A DNA stretch of 64,000 bases from a bacterium (GTDB lineage: Bacteria > Lindowbacteria > 2-12-FULL-62-27): positions 27,375 to 91,374 of the forward strand of contig JACQOF010000003.1 in the NCBI GenBank assembly GCA_016202645.1. The letters run 5' to 3'. The notes under the pieces are model-generated. The model searched no databases. It was given only the letters and a program-made list of their open reading frames with translations, and had not been told where the DNA came from. Below are positions 1 to 9,041 of the stretch, one piece after another (the stretch's first letter is position 1; each line of letters begins with the position of its first letter). A program made the position numbers and the translations under genes.

Positions 1-113
1 TTGATTCCATGATCAATATCCGGCCCTCCCAGAAAAATCGGAGCCGCGGCGTGGACGATCCGGAACGGCGGCGCCGGATCATCGAGATCGCGCGCGCTTT
101 GGTGGTGGGTTGA
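1..113 (+). CDS. C-terminal fragment of a DUF5674-like protein (partial at window edge)
   Basis: Frame from nt 3 reads DSMINIRPSQKNRSRGVDDPERRRRIIEIARALVVG*, with TGA at 111-113; the DSMINIRP..NRSRGV.D motif is recalled from DUF5674. Confidence 0.7.
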   Translation, partial: DSMINIRPSQKNRSRGVDDPERRRRIIEIARALVVG

Positions 114-116
114 TCC

Positions 117-446
117 ATGACGCCGATCCATGCGGAAATGGCCGCCGGCCGGTGGGAGACCCTGAGCCTGTTTGAACAGATGGGAAACATCGGCGGCGAA
201 GTCGGCCGGGTCCGGCGCTGGCAGGGTAGAGACCCCGGCCGGGCAAACGGCGCTGTGGACCGCGCTCTGGAATTGATGGACCTCACCCTGCGGGACCCCA
301 GATGGCGGCACAGACGAAAAGAGATTGCCCGGGTCCGCGAAATTTTCTGCGATGTCCTTTTCGGCTCCGGCTCCTACCGCACGACCCTCCCCGACCTCGA
401 ACGGTATTTCAACACCTACGCCCTGACCGCCAGATCCTCCCGTTAG
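117..446 (+). CDS. conserved hypothetical helical protein
   Basis: 109 aa ORF starting 3 nt after the upstream stop; GRW..LSL.EQMGNIG.EV.R and RALEL.DLT motifs. Confidence 0.7.
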   Translation: MTPIHAEMAAGRWETLSLFEQMGNIGGEVGRVRRWQGRDPGRANGAVDRALELMDLTLRDPRWRHRRKEIARVREIFCDVLFGSGSYRTTLPDLERYFNTYALTARSSR

Positions 447-520
447 TCCGAATGATCAACTGTTAATCTGTTAGCCTCCGTCCCCTTTTGGCCCCCTTTT
501 GGCCACAAAACTGGCGCGCC

Positions 521-1642
521 CTAGACCAGATGCGAAAGAAAATCAATCGCCGGGCAGACTCGAATGCGTTCCGGCGTGACGTAGTTCTTTTTTCCCGTCG
601 CGGAAATCTGCCACGCTTCAGTATTCGGGAAACGTGCCTTCAGGTAGTGCATCCCTTTGCCGATCGGCGCGTCGGACCACTTGCACTCGATAAGCTGCAA
701 CGGCGGCCGGCCGCGCTCGGTCACGACGAAATCGACCTCCCGGCCGTCCACGTCCCGGAAATAGGTTAACTCAACATCCCGGCCTTTCGCGTCCTGTTCA
801 AAATGAACCCACTTGAGGAGGTGCGACGCCACGAGATTTTCGAACCGGAACGATTCGTCCGGAATGAGAGACCAGTCGAAATGATAATGCTTCTGCTCCT
901 TTTTCACCGCGCGGATTTTTGCGGCGCCAAACGGCGGGAGGCGGAAGATCGCGTAGAGCCTCTCCAGCGCCCGCAGCCAGTTGGCAACCGTCTTGTGCGC
1001 GACCTGCAAATCCTCCCGCAGGCCGTTGATGGACAGCGGACTGCCCACGAGCTCCGGCAGGCGCAGGACCATGAGCTCAAGACGGCCGAGGTCCAGCATG
1101 CGCTCGATATCTGTCAGGTCCTCCCGAATGAGCCGCGTTCTGTACTCGCGCGACCAGCGCCGGGCTGCGGTCTCCGAACCGCTCAGAAACGGCTCGGGAA
1201 ATCCACCCAGAGTCAGGAGGCTCATGAAGTCTTTGGCTGTCTTGATTCCCAACTCGGCGACGGAAAAGGGATGCAAGCGCAGGTAGTGGTACCGGCCCTG
1301 GAGCGAATCTCCGCCGAAACGGTAATAATCCAGACGCGCGCTTCCCGTCACCAAAATCTTCTGCCGCTTGCCCAAATTGTCAAAGAGTCCCTTGAGATAA
1401 TTTCTCCACCCACGGTACTTGTGGACCTCGTCAAACACCCACACCGAACTGGACGGCAACTCACGCTTTAAAATCCGCTCGCGGTGCTCGGCCACGTCCC
1501 AATTCAGGTACCCGACCGGGCCCGCAAACACCCGCCGCGCCAGCGTGGTCTTGCCCACCTGCCTCGGCCCGCCCACGAACACCATCTTCCGCCTCAAATC
1601 CGCCCTGACCTGTCCCGCCAGATACCGCTCCACCGGTTTCAT
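521..1642 (-). CDS. COG1373-type ATP-binding protein (AAA_14 + DUF4143, C-terminal PD-(D/E)XK-like motif)
   Basis: Walker A GPRQVGKT, Walker B VFDEVH, LVTGS, GGFPE, FENLV and C-terminal EVDFVV...IECK. Confidence 0.9.
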   Translation of the reverse strand: MKPVERYLAGQVRADLRRKMVFVGGPRQVGKTTLARRVFAGPVGYLNWDVAEHRERILKRELPSSSVWVFDEVHKYRGWRNYLKGLFDNLGKRQKILVTGSARLDYYRFGGDSLQGRYHYLRLHPFSVAELGIKTAKDFMSLLTLGGFPEPFLSGSETAARRWSREYRTRLIREDLTDIERMLDLGRLELMVLRLPELVGSPLSINGLREDLQVAHKTVANWLRALERLYAIFRLPPFGAAKIRAVKKEQKHYHFDWSLIPDESFRFENLVASHLLKWVHFEQDAKGRDVELTYFRDVDGREVDFVVTERGRPPLQLIECKWSDAPIGKGMHYLKARFPNTEAWQISATGKKNYVTPERIRVCPAIDFLSHLV

Positions 1643-1648
1643 GGGGCA

Positions 1649-1677
1649 AGCATACTACTATTTTCCCCCGATGTCAA
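1649..1677 (-). promoter_or_regulatory. sigma70-like promoter, probably leaderless
   Basis: TTGACA(1677-1672)-N17-TATGCT, then 6 nt to the ATG at 1642. Confidence 0.7.
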
Positions 1678-1716
1678 AATTACTCGCGAGTATTTTTGAT
1701 ATATATCAAAATTACT
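1671..1716. promoter_or_regulatory. operator-like array of three alternately oriented 14-mers
   Basis: ATGTCAAAATTACT (1671-1684), AGTATTTTTGATAT (1689-1702), ATATCAAAATTACT (1703-1716); overlaps the -35 of the ATPase gene. Confidence 0.55.
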
Positions 1717-1742
1717 AGCATCGCACCGCCGGCCCGCCGAAC

Positions 1743-4700
1743 TCAGGCGGCTTTGCGGCCTCGCCAAACGCCGTAGCCGGCGAGGCCGAGGATGCCCAGG
1801 ACCACGAAGGTCGCGCCCCAGGCGCGGCCGCTGGAGCCGAAGGAGGGTTTTTTCTGCGCGGATGTTTTGATTTCCTCCTCCATCTCGTACCCCGCCACCA
1901 CCTCGGAAACCCGGCGGGCGACTTTCCGGACCGGGCGTTCGGCGGCCCAGGCGGCGGCAATTTTTTTCGACTCCTGTTCCGCTTCCCGCTGAGTTTTTCC
2001 TCGCGCCTGCTCTTGGATCTGTTGGAATTTCTGGACGATTTCCGGCGCGGGCAGGCCCGGAACGGAAAGGAGGGTATTGACCATGGCGTCGAGGAGGGGG
2101 TTGTTGCAGGTGTGCTCGCAGCAGGCGACGCCTTTTTCGATAACGCTGGCGACATATTCGCGCGCCAGGGTTTGGGCGATTTCGTCCTCGTTGGCCGGGT
2201 TCCAATAGTCCTTTCGAATGGCCTCAAGCATCCGCGCAGTGAGGGACTGGTAGGCCCATGGATTTTTTTGCGAGAAGAATTCCTTCATGTCGAGACCATA
2301 TTTGTCCTTCACATAGACCTCATAGACTTCCCGCCATTTCGCCTCGTCCACGACGTCGCGTTTCACCACCTGCCAGCCCCATAGATTTTCGACAAAATCG
2401 CCCATCCGCGCCGCGCCTTCGTAGCCTTCCGCTTTCATGGCGTCGATCCATTTGGGATTCAGATATCTGGATTTCATTTCGATTCCCATGACCCGTTCGA
2501 TCGAATCCATGCGGGGCTTGGAGGGATCCATGAGGTTCATGACGCGCAGTTCCGGCGACGTCCCGTCCAGTTCCTGGACGGCGCGGGCCAATCCGCCCGC
2601 ATACATAAAAAAGTCATCGTTATCGAGCGTTCCGTAGACGTTGGTCGAGCGGCTGTGAACCACCTGTTTGGTGCCTTTAAGCGTCATGCGGTAAACCTCG
2701 CCCATCGGCTCGCCCCAGAAACCGTGCCCGTAGCCGTGGCTCATCCGGGCCAGATATTCCTCGGCCAGCGCCGAATCCGATTCCCAGGATGCGCTTGCGC
2801 GCGCCATCCGCGCCACGTTCAGGTCATATCGGCCGGGCGGCTCATCGAAAATCCGGACGCCCGCGAACCGCGCCGCCAGTTCCGGTTCAACGCCCCGCCG
2901 GATCAGCTCAGCGCGTGTTTCAAGATAGTGTTTCCGGACGAAATTGTCCGGCTCGTCCAAGTCCTGGACCATCTCAACCGCCTTGTCGATTTTCTTCTCC
3001 AAATCCGCGAACCACTCATGGGCCGACCCGGAGATCACGATATCGATTCTCGGCCGGCCGAGCTGTTCCCGCGGAATGAGTTCCACGCCCTCGACTTTGC
3101 CCCACTCGTTCCAGATCGGTTTCGTCCCGAGTAAATACAGGATCTGCGACTGGAGGACGCCCTCATGCCGGATCGTTTCGGTACCCCAGATGACAAACGC
3201 CAGCTTGTCGGGATACTGCCCGGCATGTTTTTCGCGGTACTCGGAAATCAGCTCGTCAGTGAGGCGCTGGCCGAGGACCCAGGCGGCCTGTTTGGGAATT
3301 TTGGCGGGGTTAAAAGCATAGAAATTTTTACCGGTTGGAAGAGACTCGGGATTCCGCACCGGATCGTTTCCGGTGCCGGTCGGGATGTATTTTCCGGACA
3401 GCGCGGCCAACACGCTGGATATTTCCCGTCGCGCTCCGACACGCATGTTTCCTTCGTGGGTCTTCCCCCGCGCGGTCCGTTCGGCCGCGTTCAAGAATTT
3501 TTCAACTTCCAAAATCGCCTCGACCGTGGACGCCATCAGCGTGTCCGTGGGGGCCTGGCCGAGGGTGTGGAGTCCCGTCGGCATGTTCGTCGCTTTTAAT
3601 TCGTTCAAATATTCCTCGACTTCATGTAGAACCTCGTGGTTGAATGCCGCGGAATCCGGGGCGCCGGGGCGCGTGTCCATCCGATCCTCAATTCCCGCGT
3701 CCTTGGCGATCCCGAGATGCCGGATCTTGTCGCCGACGGCGTTCAGATACTGCCGGGCCAGTTCCGGATTTTTCTGGATCGCGACATCGTGGTCCGATAT
3801 CAGTTCCGAGAGTTCCGCGTACTCTTTGTAGAGACCGCCCTTTTGAAGCGGCGGGATCATGTGGTCCACGACGACCGCCGCGCCCCGGCGCTTGGCGACA
3901 ATGCCTTCACCCACGTCATCCACGATGTAGGGGTAAACGATGGGCAAATCCTGCGACATGACCTCCGGGTCGTCGTCCTCCTGCAGGCCCACTTCGGCGC
4001 CAGGCAGCCATTCCTGCGTGCCATGCGTTCCCGTATGGACCAAGGCGTGCGCGCCGAAGACGTGCTTGATCCAGAGATAGGCGGCGGCGTACTGGTGCGG
4101 CGGCGCAAGCTCCTTGTCGTGAACCATCTTCTCCATGTTCTGTCCCCACCCGCGGAGCGGCTGGGGCAGGAGGACCATATTGCCGTATCGCGCGGCGGGA
4201 ATCACGAAACACGGTTCGCGGGTTTCGGGATGGGCCGCCACCATGACGTTTGTCTGTTCCGCGGGTCCCCATGAGGCCAGCACTCTTTTTTGAAACGTGT
4301 CGGGAAGCTGGACGAAATATTTCTGATATTCCGCCACCGGCCAAAGAACCGCATCACCCGACCGGATCATCGCCTCCAGTTCGCCGGGGGCCCACGTCCC
4401 GACGTTGCGGCCGTAGGACAGGGCATTTTTGAGCATCAAGTCGGCGCCGGGTTTGCGGTCGCCCACGACGTAGCCGGCGGCCTTCATGGCCGAGAGGAGA
4501 TTTTCAAGGCTCTCAAAAACGTTAAGATAACTAGCGCCGATTTTTTCCTTGCCGGGCGGATAATTCCAGTACATGAAAGCGATTTTCTTTTCGGCGTTCG
4601 GCGTCGTCCGGAGCCGGTACCAGGCGTCAAACCGGTCGAGAAGCCGCCAGACCCGTTCCTGAATCGGCGTCCGGATCCGGATGCGAAACCCCGTCTCCTC

Positions 4701-5774
4701 ATCGCGGCCTTCCACCTGAACGCCCACGACGGTCGGAACGATCAAGCCCGCGATTTCCGGGACCGCCACCTGCCAGGCAACTTCGAACGGCGAGAGGCCC
4801 TTCGGCCCGCCGGGTTTCGGGACAAAATGGGCGTTGATGGCGTCAAACACAGGGACGCCGAGTTTTTCGAGCGTTTTGCCGGCTTCGAAATTGGAAAATT
4901 TAAACAGGAAAGAAATCACGCCGGCCAAGGGAGGAAAATCTTTGGCGTTCACAAACAGGCGTTCCACCGCTTCGGCCTCCGGATATCCGAATCCGGTCAC
5001 GACGTTGTACCCGCGATTTTCGAGACCCGCGATCAGGGTGTCTTCAAGCTGCGTCTGTCCGTTGTAATAGAACGACCGAAACGCAAGCAGACCGGCCCAG
5101 GGCGCGCCCTCCCGGTAATATCCGTTCTTCCGGTACCAGACTGCGTAACTGTCGAACGTCTCGAACACTTCTCCGCCACTGGGATGAGGGTGGTAGTATC
5201 CGAATTCCAGCGGCGGCCGCGGCGGCTGAACCTTCAGATCGTGATACCCGAACTGCGTTTTCAGGATCATCCGGAGCATGTTCATGCGGTTGACATGGCC
5301 GTCGAACTGCCAGTACGTCCTGACCTGATCGTCGTACCAGAGGCCGATGGAGGCATATTCGTCGTCGAGCCCGGCCGTCTGGCCGACCGCGTAAATTTTT
5401 GCGCCGCGCCGTTTAGCCGCGCGAAGCGGCGCCGACGGAAATCCGTCCTGCACGTCCGTTGCGATGCGGATGGTGTGAACGTCAAAAAAAATCAGGTCGG
5501 CCCGATCAAACTCGTTCTCGTCGTAAATTTCCAAATCAATCAAATCGGCCTTGTTCATCATGGAAATCCGGACGCTGTCCCGGAGGTCGGGGTGAGCCTG
5601 GTAAAAGGCCCTAGTCATGGAGGCGATGTCCGTGGAAACATAATTCCCGGCGACAAACAGAACATTGACGTGCCGGCCATGGTGGCCTTCGTGCGCCTCG
5701 GACAGCTGGAAAGGCAATAAGAAATAGGCGATGGGCAATAGGACGGAGAGAACCTGCCGCCGGAGCGCAGTCAT
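1743..5774 (-). CDS. CobN/magnesium chelatase H-family protein, exported and membrane-anchored (HmuS/BtuS-like)
   Basis: Motifs WNYPPGK, PPHQYAAAY, HTGTHGTQEWLPG, LPTGKNFY, RPRIDI, NPKWIDAMK.EGY.GA and ACCEHTCNNP; N-terminal signal-like segment; C-terminal TM helix with a basic tail. Confidence 0.9.
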   Translation of the reverse strand: MTALRRQVLSVLLPIAYFLLPFQLSEAHEGHHGRHVNVLFVAGNYVSTDIASMTRAFYQAHPDLRDSVRISMMNKADLIDLEIYDENEFDRADLIFFDVHTIRIATDVQDGFPSAPLRAAKRRGAKIYAVGQTAGLDDEYASIGLWYDDQVRTYWQFDGHVNRMNMLRMILKTQFGYHDLKVQPPRPPLEFGYYHPHPSGGEVFETFDSYAVWYRKNGYYREGAPWAGLLAFRSFYYNGQTQLEDTLIAGLENRGYNVVTGFGYPEAEAVERLFVNAKDFPPLAGVISFLFKFSNFEAGKTLEKLGVPVFDAINAHFVPKPGGPKGLSPFEVAWQVAVPEIAGLIVPTVVGVQVEGRDEETGFRIRIRTPIQERVWRLLDRFDAWYRLRTTPNAEKKIAFMYWNYPPGKEKIGASYLNVFESLENLLSAMKAAGYVVGDRKPGADLMLKNALSYGRNVGTWAPGELEAMIRSGDAVLWPVAEYQKYFVQLPDTFQKRVLASWGPAEQTNVMVAAHPETREPCFVIPAARYGNMVLLPQPLRGWGQNMEKMVHDKELAPPHQYAAAYLWIKHVFGAHALVHTGTHGTQEWLPGAEVGLQEDDDPEVMSQDLPIVYPYIVDDVGEGIVAKRRGAAVVVDHMIPPLQKGGLYKEYAELSELISDHDVAIQKNPELARQYLNAVGDKIRHLGIAKDAGIEDRMDTRPGAPDSAAFNHEVLHEVEEYLNELKATNMPTGLHTLGQAPTDTLMASTVEAILEVEKFLNAAERTARGKTHEGNMRVGARREISSVLAALSGKYIPTGTGNDPVRNPESLPTGKNFYAFNPAKIPKQAAWVLGQRLTDELISEYREKHAGQYPDKLAFVIWGTETIRHEGVLQSQILYLLGTKPIWNEWGKVEGVELIPREQLGRPRIDIVISGSAHEWFADLEKKIDKAVEMVQDLDEPDNFVRKHYLETRAELIRRGVEPELAARFAGVRIFDEPPGRYDLNVARMARASASWESDSALAEEYLARMSHGYGHGFWGEPMGEVYRMTLKGTKQVVHSRSTNVYGTLDNDDFFMYAGGLARAVQELDGTSPELRVMNLMDPSKPRMDSIERVMGIEMKSRYLNPKWIDAMKAEGYEGAARMGDFVENLWGWQVVKRDVVDEAKWREVYEVYVKDKYGLDMKEFFSQKNPWAYQSLTARMLEAIRKDYWNPANEDEIAQTLAREYVASVIEKGVACCEHTCNNPLLDAMVNTLLSVPGLPAPEIVQKFQQIQEQARGKTQREAEQESKKIAAAWAAERPVRKVARRVSEVVAGYEMEEEIKTSAQKKPSFGSSGRAWGATFVVLGILGLAGYGVWRGRKAA

Positions 5775-6121
5775 TTTTGCCCCTCCGGAACATAAATCAC
5801 ACGGCCGTCCGCCAGTTTATAGGCGACACCAAGCCGGAGGCCCTGGCCCTGAAGAGACTTGTCGGTCACCTTCTGAATTTTGACTTCCTTGCCTTTCTTC
5901 ACGATCACCTCAAGATTCCCCCGGGCGTCCTGTTTGGTGATCGTGACTTCCGTCTCGGGCGACAGAAGATCCATCAGCCGGTAGGCTGACACGAGGGCAA
6001 ACATGAGTCCGACCGCGAGGACCGTGGCCACGTCAAACAGATTGGCGACCATATCAAGCGGATTGTCATCGGCAACGTCTTCGGCGCCCGCCACGCGCCT
6101 TCGACCCAGAAATTTCATCAT
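5771..6121 (-). CDS. DUF2149 family protein (HmuV-like)
   Basis: NPLDMVANLFDVA and G.RLGVAYKLADGRVIYVPE motifs; ATG at 6121 overlaps the upstream stop (ATGA). Confidence 0.85.
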   Translation of the reverse strand: MMKFLGRRRVAGAEDVADDNPLDMVANLFDVATVLAVGLMFALVSAYRLMDLLSPETEVTITKQDARGNLEVIVKKGKEVKIQKVTDKSLQGQGLRLGVAYKLADGRVIYVPEGQK

Positions 6122-6723
6122 CGCCCGCCGGGTTTTCCCGCCGCAGCCAGTTCGGCGAACAATTCCATGGTCCGGCGGTCCTGCGACGTCCATCGGGCCT
6201 TGTACTGGGACAACACATAGGCGACGCCCGCGATGAAGAGTCCGACGACGGTCGTGGTAAACGCGATGATCAACGCATTGGCCATCTTGTCCATTTCGCC
6301 TTCCGCCAAGGCCGCCAATGCCTGGCCCATCGGAATGAGCGTGCCCATGAGCCCGAGCATGGGACTGATCCGGACCAGGCGCCGGTGCCGGGCCAGCTCC
6401 CAGTTCAGCGCCTCTTCGCGCTCCTGCAGACGGTAGGCAATCTGAATTTCCGCCGAAACGGATGCCGGGAGATTCTGGATTGATTGCAAAAACCGCCGGA
6501 CCGCGGGAGACAACGCGGAGAGATCCGCGCCAGTTGAGAGGAACGCGGCGGCCTCGGCCGGCTCGGGGATGTTGACCGAGCGGCGTTTTAATCCTTCCGC
6601 CAATATCTCACCCATCCGAAAAATGATCACGCCAAACAGGGCGATCAGAATCGCCATGACCGGATAGAGGAGGGCCTCGGAAATCACATACAGAGCGGAC
6701 TGCAAAAGGGCCATGAGGTTCAT
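6118..6723 (-). CDS. MotA/TolQ/ExbB proton-channel family protein (HmuU-like)
   Basis: PMLGLMGTLIPMG..L and IIAFTTTVVGL transmembrane motifs. Confidence 0.88.
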   Translation of the reverse strand: MNLMALLQSALYVISEALLYPVMAILIALFGVIIFRMGEILAEGLKRRSVNIPEPAEAAAFLSTGADLSALSPAVRRFLQSIQNLPASVSAEIQIAYRLQEREEALNWELARHRRLVRISPMLGLMGTLIPMGQALAALAEGEMDKMANALIIAFTTTVVGLFIAGVAYVLSQYKARWTSQDRRTMELFAELAAAGKPGGR

Positions 6724-6735
6724 GGAATGTCCGTG

Positions 6736-7455
6736 TCAGCCGGCCGAAGCCCGACGATGTTTCCGAAATCCGGCCCAAAGACCCAGTCCAAAGAGGGCGG
6801 CGGCCGGTGCCGCCACCCGGATCAGCTCCCAACCGCTGACGCGGGATCCGGAATTGAGCAGTTCGGACAGCGCATAAATCTCTGACGCTTTGGCATACGC
6901 CGGCGCCACGGCCAGCGAAAGCAGAAAGTAGGCGGAAACCAACAGACACACAAGTCCCAGCGAATCGGCGCCCAATCGAAGCCGCGAGCTGCCGAGATAG
7001 ACCAAGCCAGACAGAACAAAAAACACAATGCCCAGGAGGCCGGCCAGCCGCACGGGTGACAGCGCCGACACAAACGCGGCCATCATGACCGACAGCAGAA
7101 GTGAGGACACGCAGACGGGGCACGGGGTCACGACCAGCCACGCCGCTCCTTTTTTCAGGCCCCCTTCGGAAGACCGGGTCCTTAGAAGGCTCCATCCCCA
7201 GACGCCCATGCCCAGCGCCATTAATATATGGAGAGAGACGCCGTTTTGAAGCAGGGGATAAACCCAGGACTGGACATGCCGGGTCTCCATCGCGCGTCCG
7301 GCGACGGCGGCGGCCACAAACACCGCCAGATACAGACCCGCGAGAGCCGTCAATTCCTTCGGCCCAAATTTCCCGGCCGCCGCGCCAACCCCGGCCTTCA
7401 CGGCGAAAAATCCAACGCTAAGACTTACGCCGATCAGAAAAAGTGTTTCATTCAT
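6736..7455 (-). CDS. DUF2162 family membrane protein (HmuT-like)
   Basis: Multi-TM protein with FAVKAGVG and TPCPVC motifs; sits beside the ExbB-like, DUF2149 and CobN genes. Confidence 0.8.
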   Translation of the reverse strand: MNETLFLIGVSLSVGFFAVKAGVGAAAGKFGPKELTALAGLYLAVFVAAAVAGRAMETRHVQSWVYPLLQNGVSLHILMALGMGVWGWSLLRTRSSEGGLKKGAAWLVVTPCPVCVSSLLLSVMMAAFVSALSPVRLAGLLGIVFFVLSGLVYLGSSRLRLGADSLGLVCLLVSAYFLLSLAVAPAYAKASEIYALSELLNSGSRVSGWELIRVAAPAAALFGLGLWAGFRKHRRASAG

Positions 7456-7463
7456 TGGAATCC

Positions 7464-9041
7464 CTATCCTCTGGGAACCATGCGTTGCCTGCCGCCGACC
7501 CCGGAAGGTTCAGCCGCCTCAACGCCGTTCGTTTTTTTCCGCCTGAAATAGGGGAAATACAGCAACGTGCCGGCCACAACCGCCAAAAACGTCAAAATTC
7601 CGGAAATGATGATTCCAGGATTGCCGATGCGGCTCCGATTCACATACGAGAACACGTGAACTTCGTAGAACGAATAGAACAAACTATTGTGGATGTTGCG
7701 GCGCGCCAGAATCTGCCCGGTCACAGGTGAAATATAAATTCGGGTCCGCTTCCAGTTCGTAAAATTCACCCGGTAGACCGGCAATTCCCCGAAGTAATCA
7801 TAGCCCTTCTGATACTGCCCTGTGACCCACTCAACGTCCCGAACATCTCCCGGTCCGTCGAAATCCCGTTGCGCGATGACCCGCGCGTCGTCCTCCGTCA
7901 ATCGCTGTAACCTGCGGCCCGTCTCCGCGCTGAAGATGTACGGATCCGAATCACCCCGGATGCGAACCCTATACACGGGCCGAGCTTCCAGTCCGTGGCC
8001 GTGCAAAACAACGTCCTCAATTCGTGGTGCATCCAGCGCCGCCGCTGATTGCCGCAAAAGTTCCGGCACTTGCCAGGGCATGATGCGCACCGCCGCGGTC
8101 GAGAGGGGCGGCAAGGGCGTTCGTATCCGGTGGACGATTTCATCCGGAGGCGGATCGGACTTTAGCATGCGGCTTTCGGCCACGCCACCCATGTTGCGGT
8201 TGGTGATCAGCGTAAATGCGATGCCGCCGACGATCCAGATCAGGACCTGGGCGGCCACCGCCCAGCCAAGCCAGACATGCGTTTTTCTCCAGATTGAATT
8301 CGCCTCCGCGGATTTCGAAAGATACGAACGCCAGAGAAACATGCCGGCGAGGACGGACACCAGCGACAGGACACTGAAAAACAAAACGCCCGGGTTGAAT
8401 TGGAGTTCGGGATTGACCCAGGCGAAAATATGGAGGTTCCAAATCAGCGAGAAGGCGCTCATGTAGACGTTCCGCCGGGAGATGATTTTCCCGGTGTACG
8501 GCGAAATGTACAGGCGCGTCTTTTTTGGGTTTGAAAAATTGACCCGATACACGGGCAGGTCCAGTCCGTAATCGCGCCCCTTCTGATGCCGGCGATAAAT
8601 CCACTCGACGCTGGTCACACCGCCTTCATCCGTATAATCCAGCCGGGCGATTTCGGCCGCCTCGGTTTCAGAAAACCGGGAGATCACACGTTCGGACGCG
8701 GCGTCGATCAATGCGGGCGTGTCGCTTCGCGCAAAGCGGACCAGGTAGACCGAGCGGCCGCTTAGGGGATGATTGAAAAATTGGATGTCTCGAATTTCTC
8801 CGGAAACGCCGGAGTCCGTTCCCAGGATTGAAGGGACACGGGAGGGATCCAGCCGGGCCGACTCGAACGAAACCGGCGGCGATTCAAATCCGCGGCTTTC
8901 ATACTGGCCGTTCATCTCATCCCGCGGGAGGAGCGCGAATCCCACGCCGGTGACAATCCAGATGACCACCGGGATCAACACGACCAAGCCCAGCCAATAA
9001 TGGATCTTCCGCCAATTGGCTTTGAGCGGCACCGGACTCAA
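7464..9041 (-). CDS. PepSY-associated TM helix protein with an internal duplication
   Basis: Two modules, each RK.H.WLG...W..(T/G)G...LPVYRVNF.N.K.TR.YISP.TG.I..RRN...H.F. Confidence 0.85.
   Translation of the reverse strand: MSPVPLKANWRKIHYWLGLVVLIPVVIWIVTGVGFALLPRDEMNGQYESRGFESPPVSFESARLDPSRVPSILGTDSGVSGEIRDIQFFNHPLSGRSVYLVRFARSDTPALIDAASERVISRFSETEAAEIARLDYTDEGGVTSVEWIYRRHQKGRDYGLDLPVYRVNFSNPKKTRLYISPYTGKIISRRNVYMSAFSLIWNLHIFAWVNPELQFNPGVLFFSVLSLVSVLAGMFLWRSYLSKSAEANSIWRKTHVWLGWAVAAQVLIWIVGGIAFTLITNRNMGGVAESRMLKSDPPPDEIVHRIRTPLPPLSTAAVRIMPWQVPELLRQSAAALDAPRIEDVVLHGHGLEARPVYRVRIRGDSDPYIFSAETGRRLQRLTEDDARVIAQRDFDGPGDVRDVEWVTGQYQKGYDYFGELPVYRVNFTNWKRTRIYISPVTGQILARRNIHNSLFYSFYEVHVFSYVNRSRIGNPGIIISGILTFLAVVAGTLLYFPYFRRKKTNGVEAAEPSGVGGRQRMVPRG

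Noticed and set aside
482..504. Direct repeat CCCCTTTTGGC x2
   Set aside because: Too short, only two copies, and no functional context.
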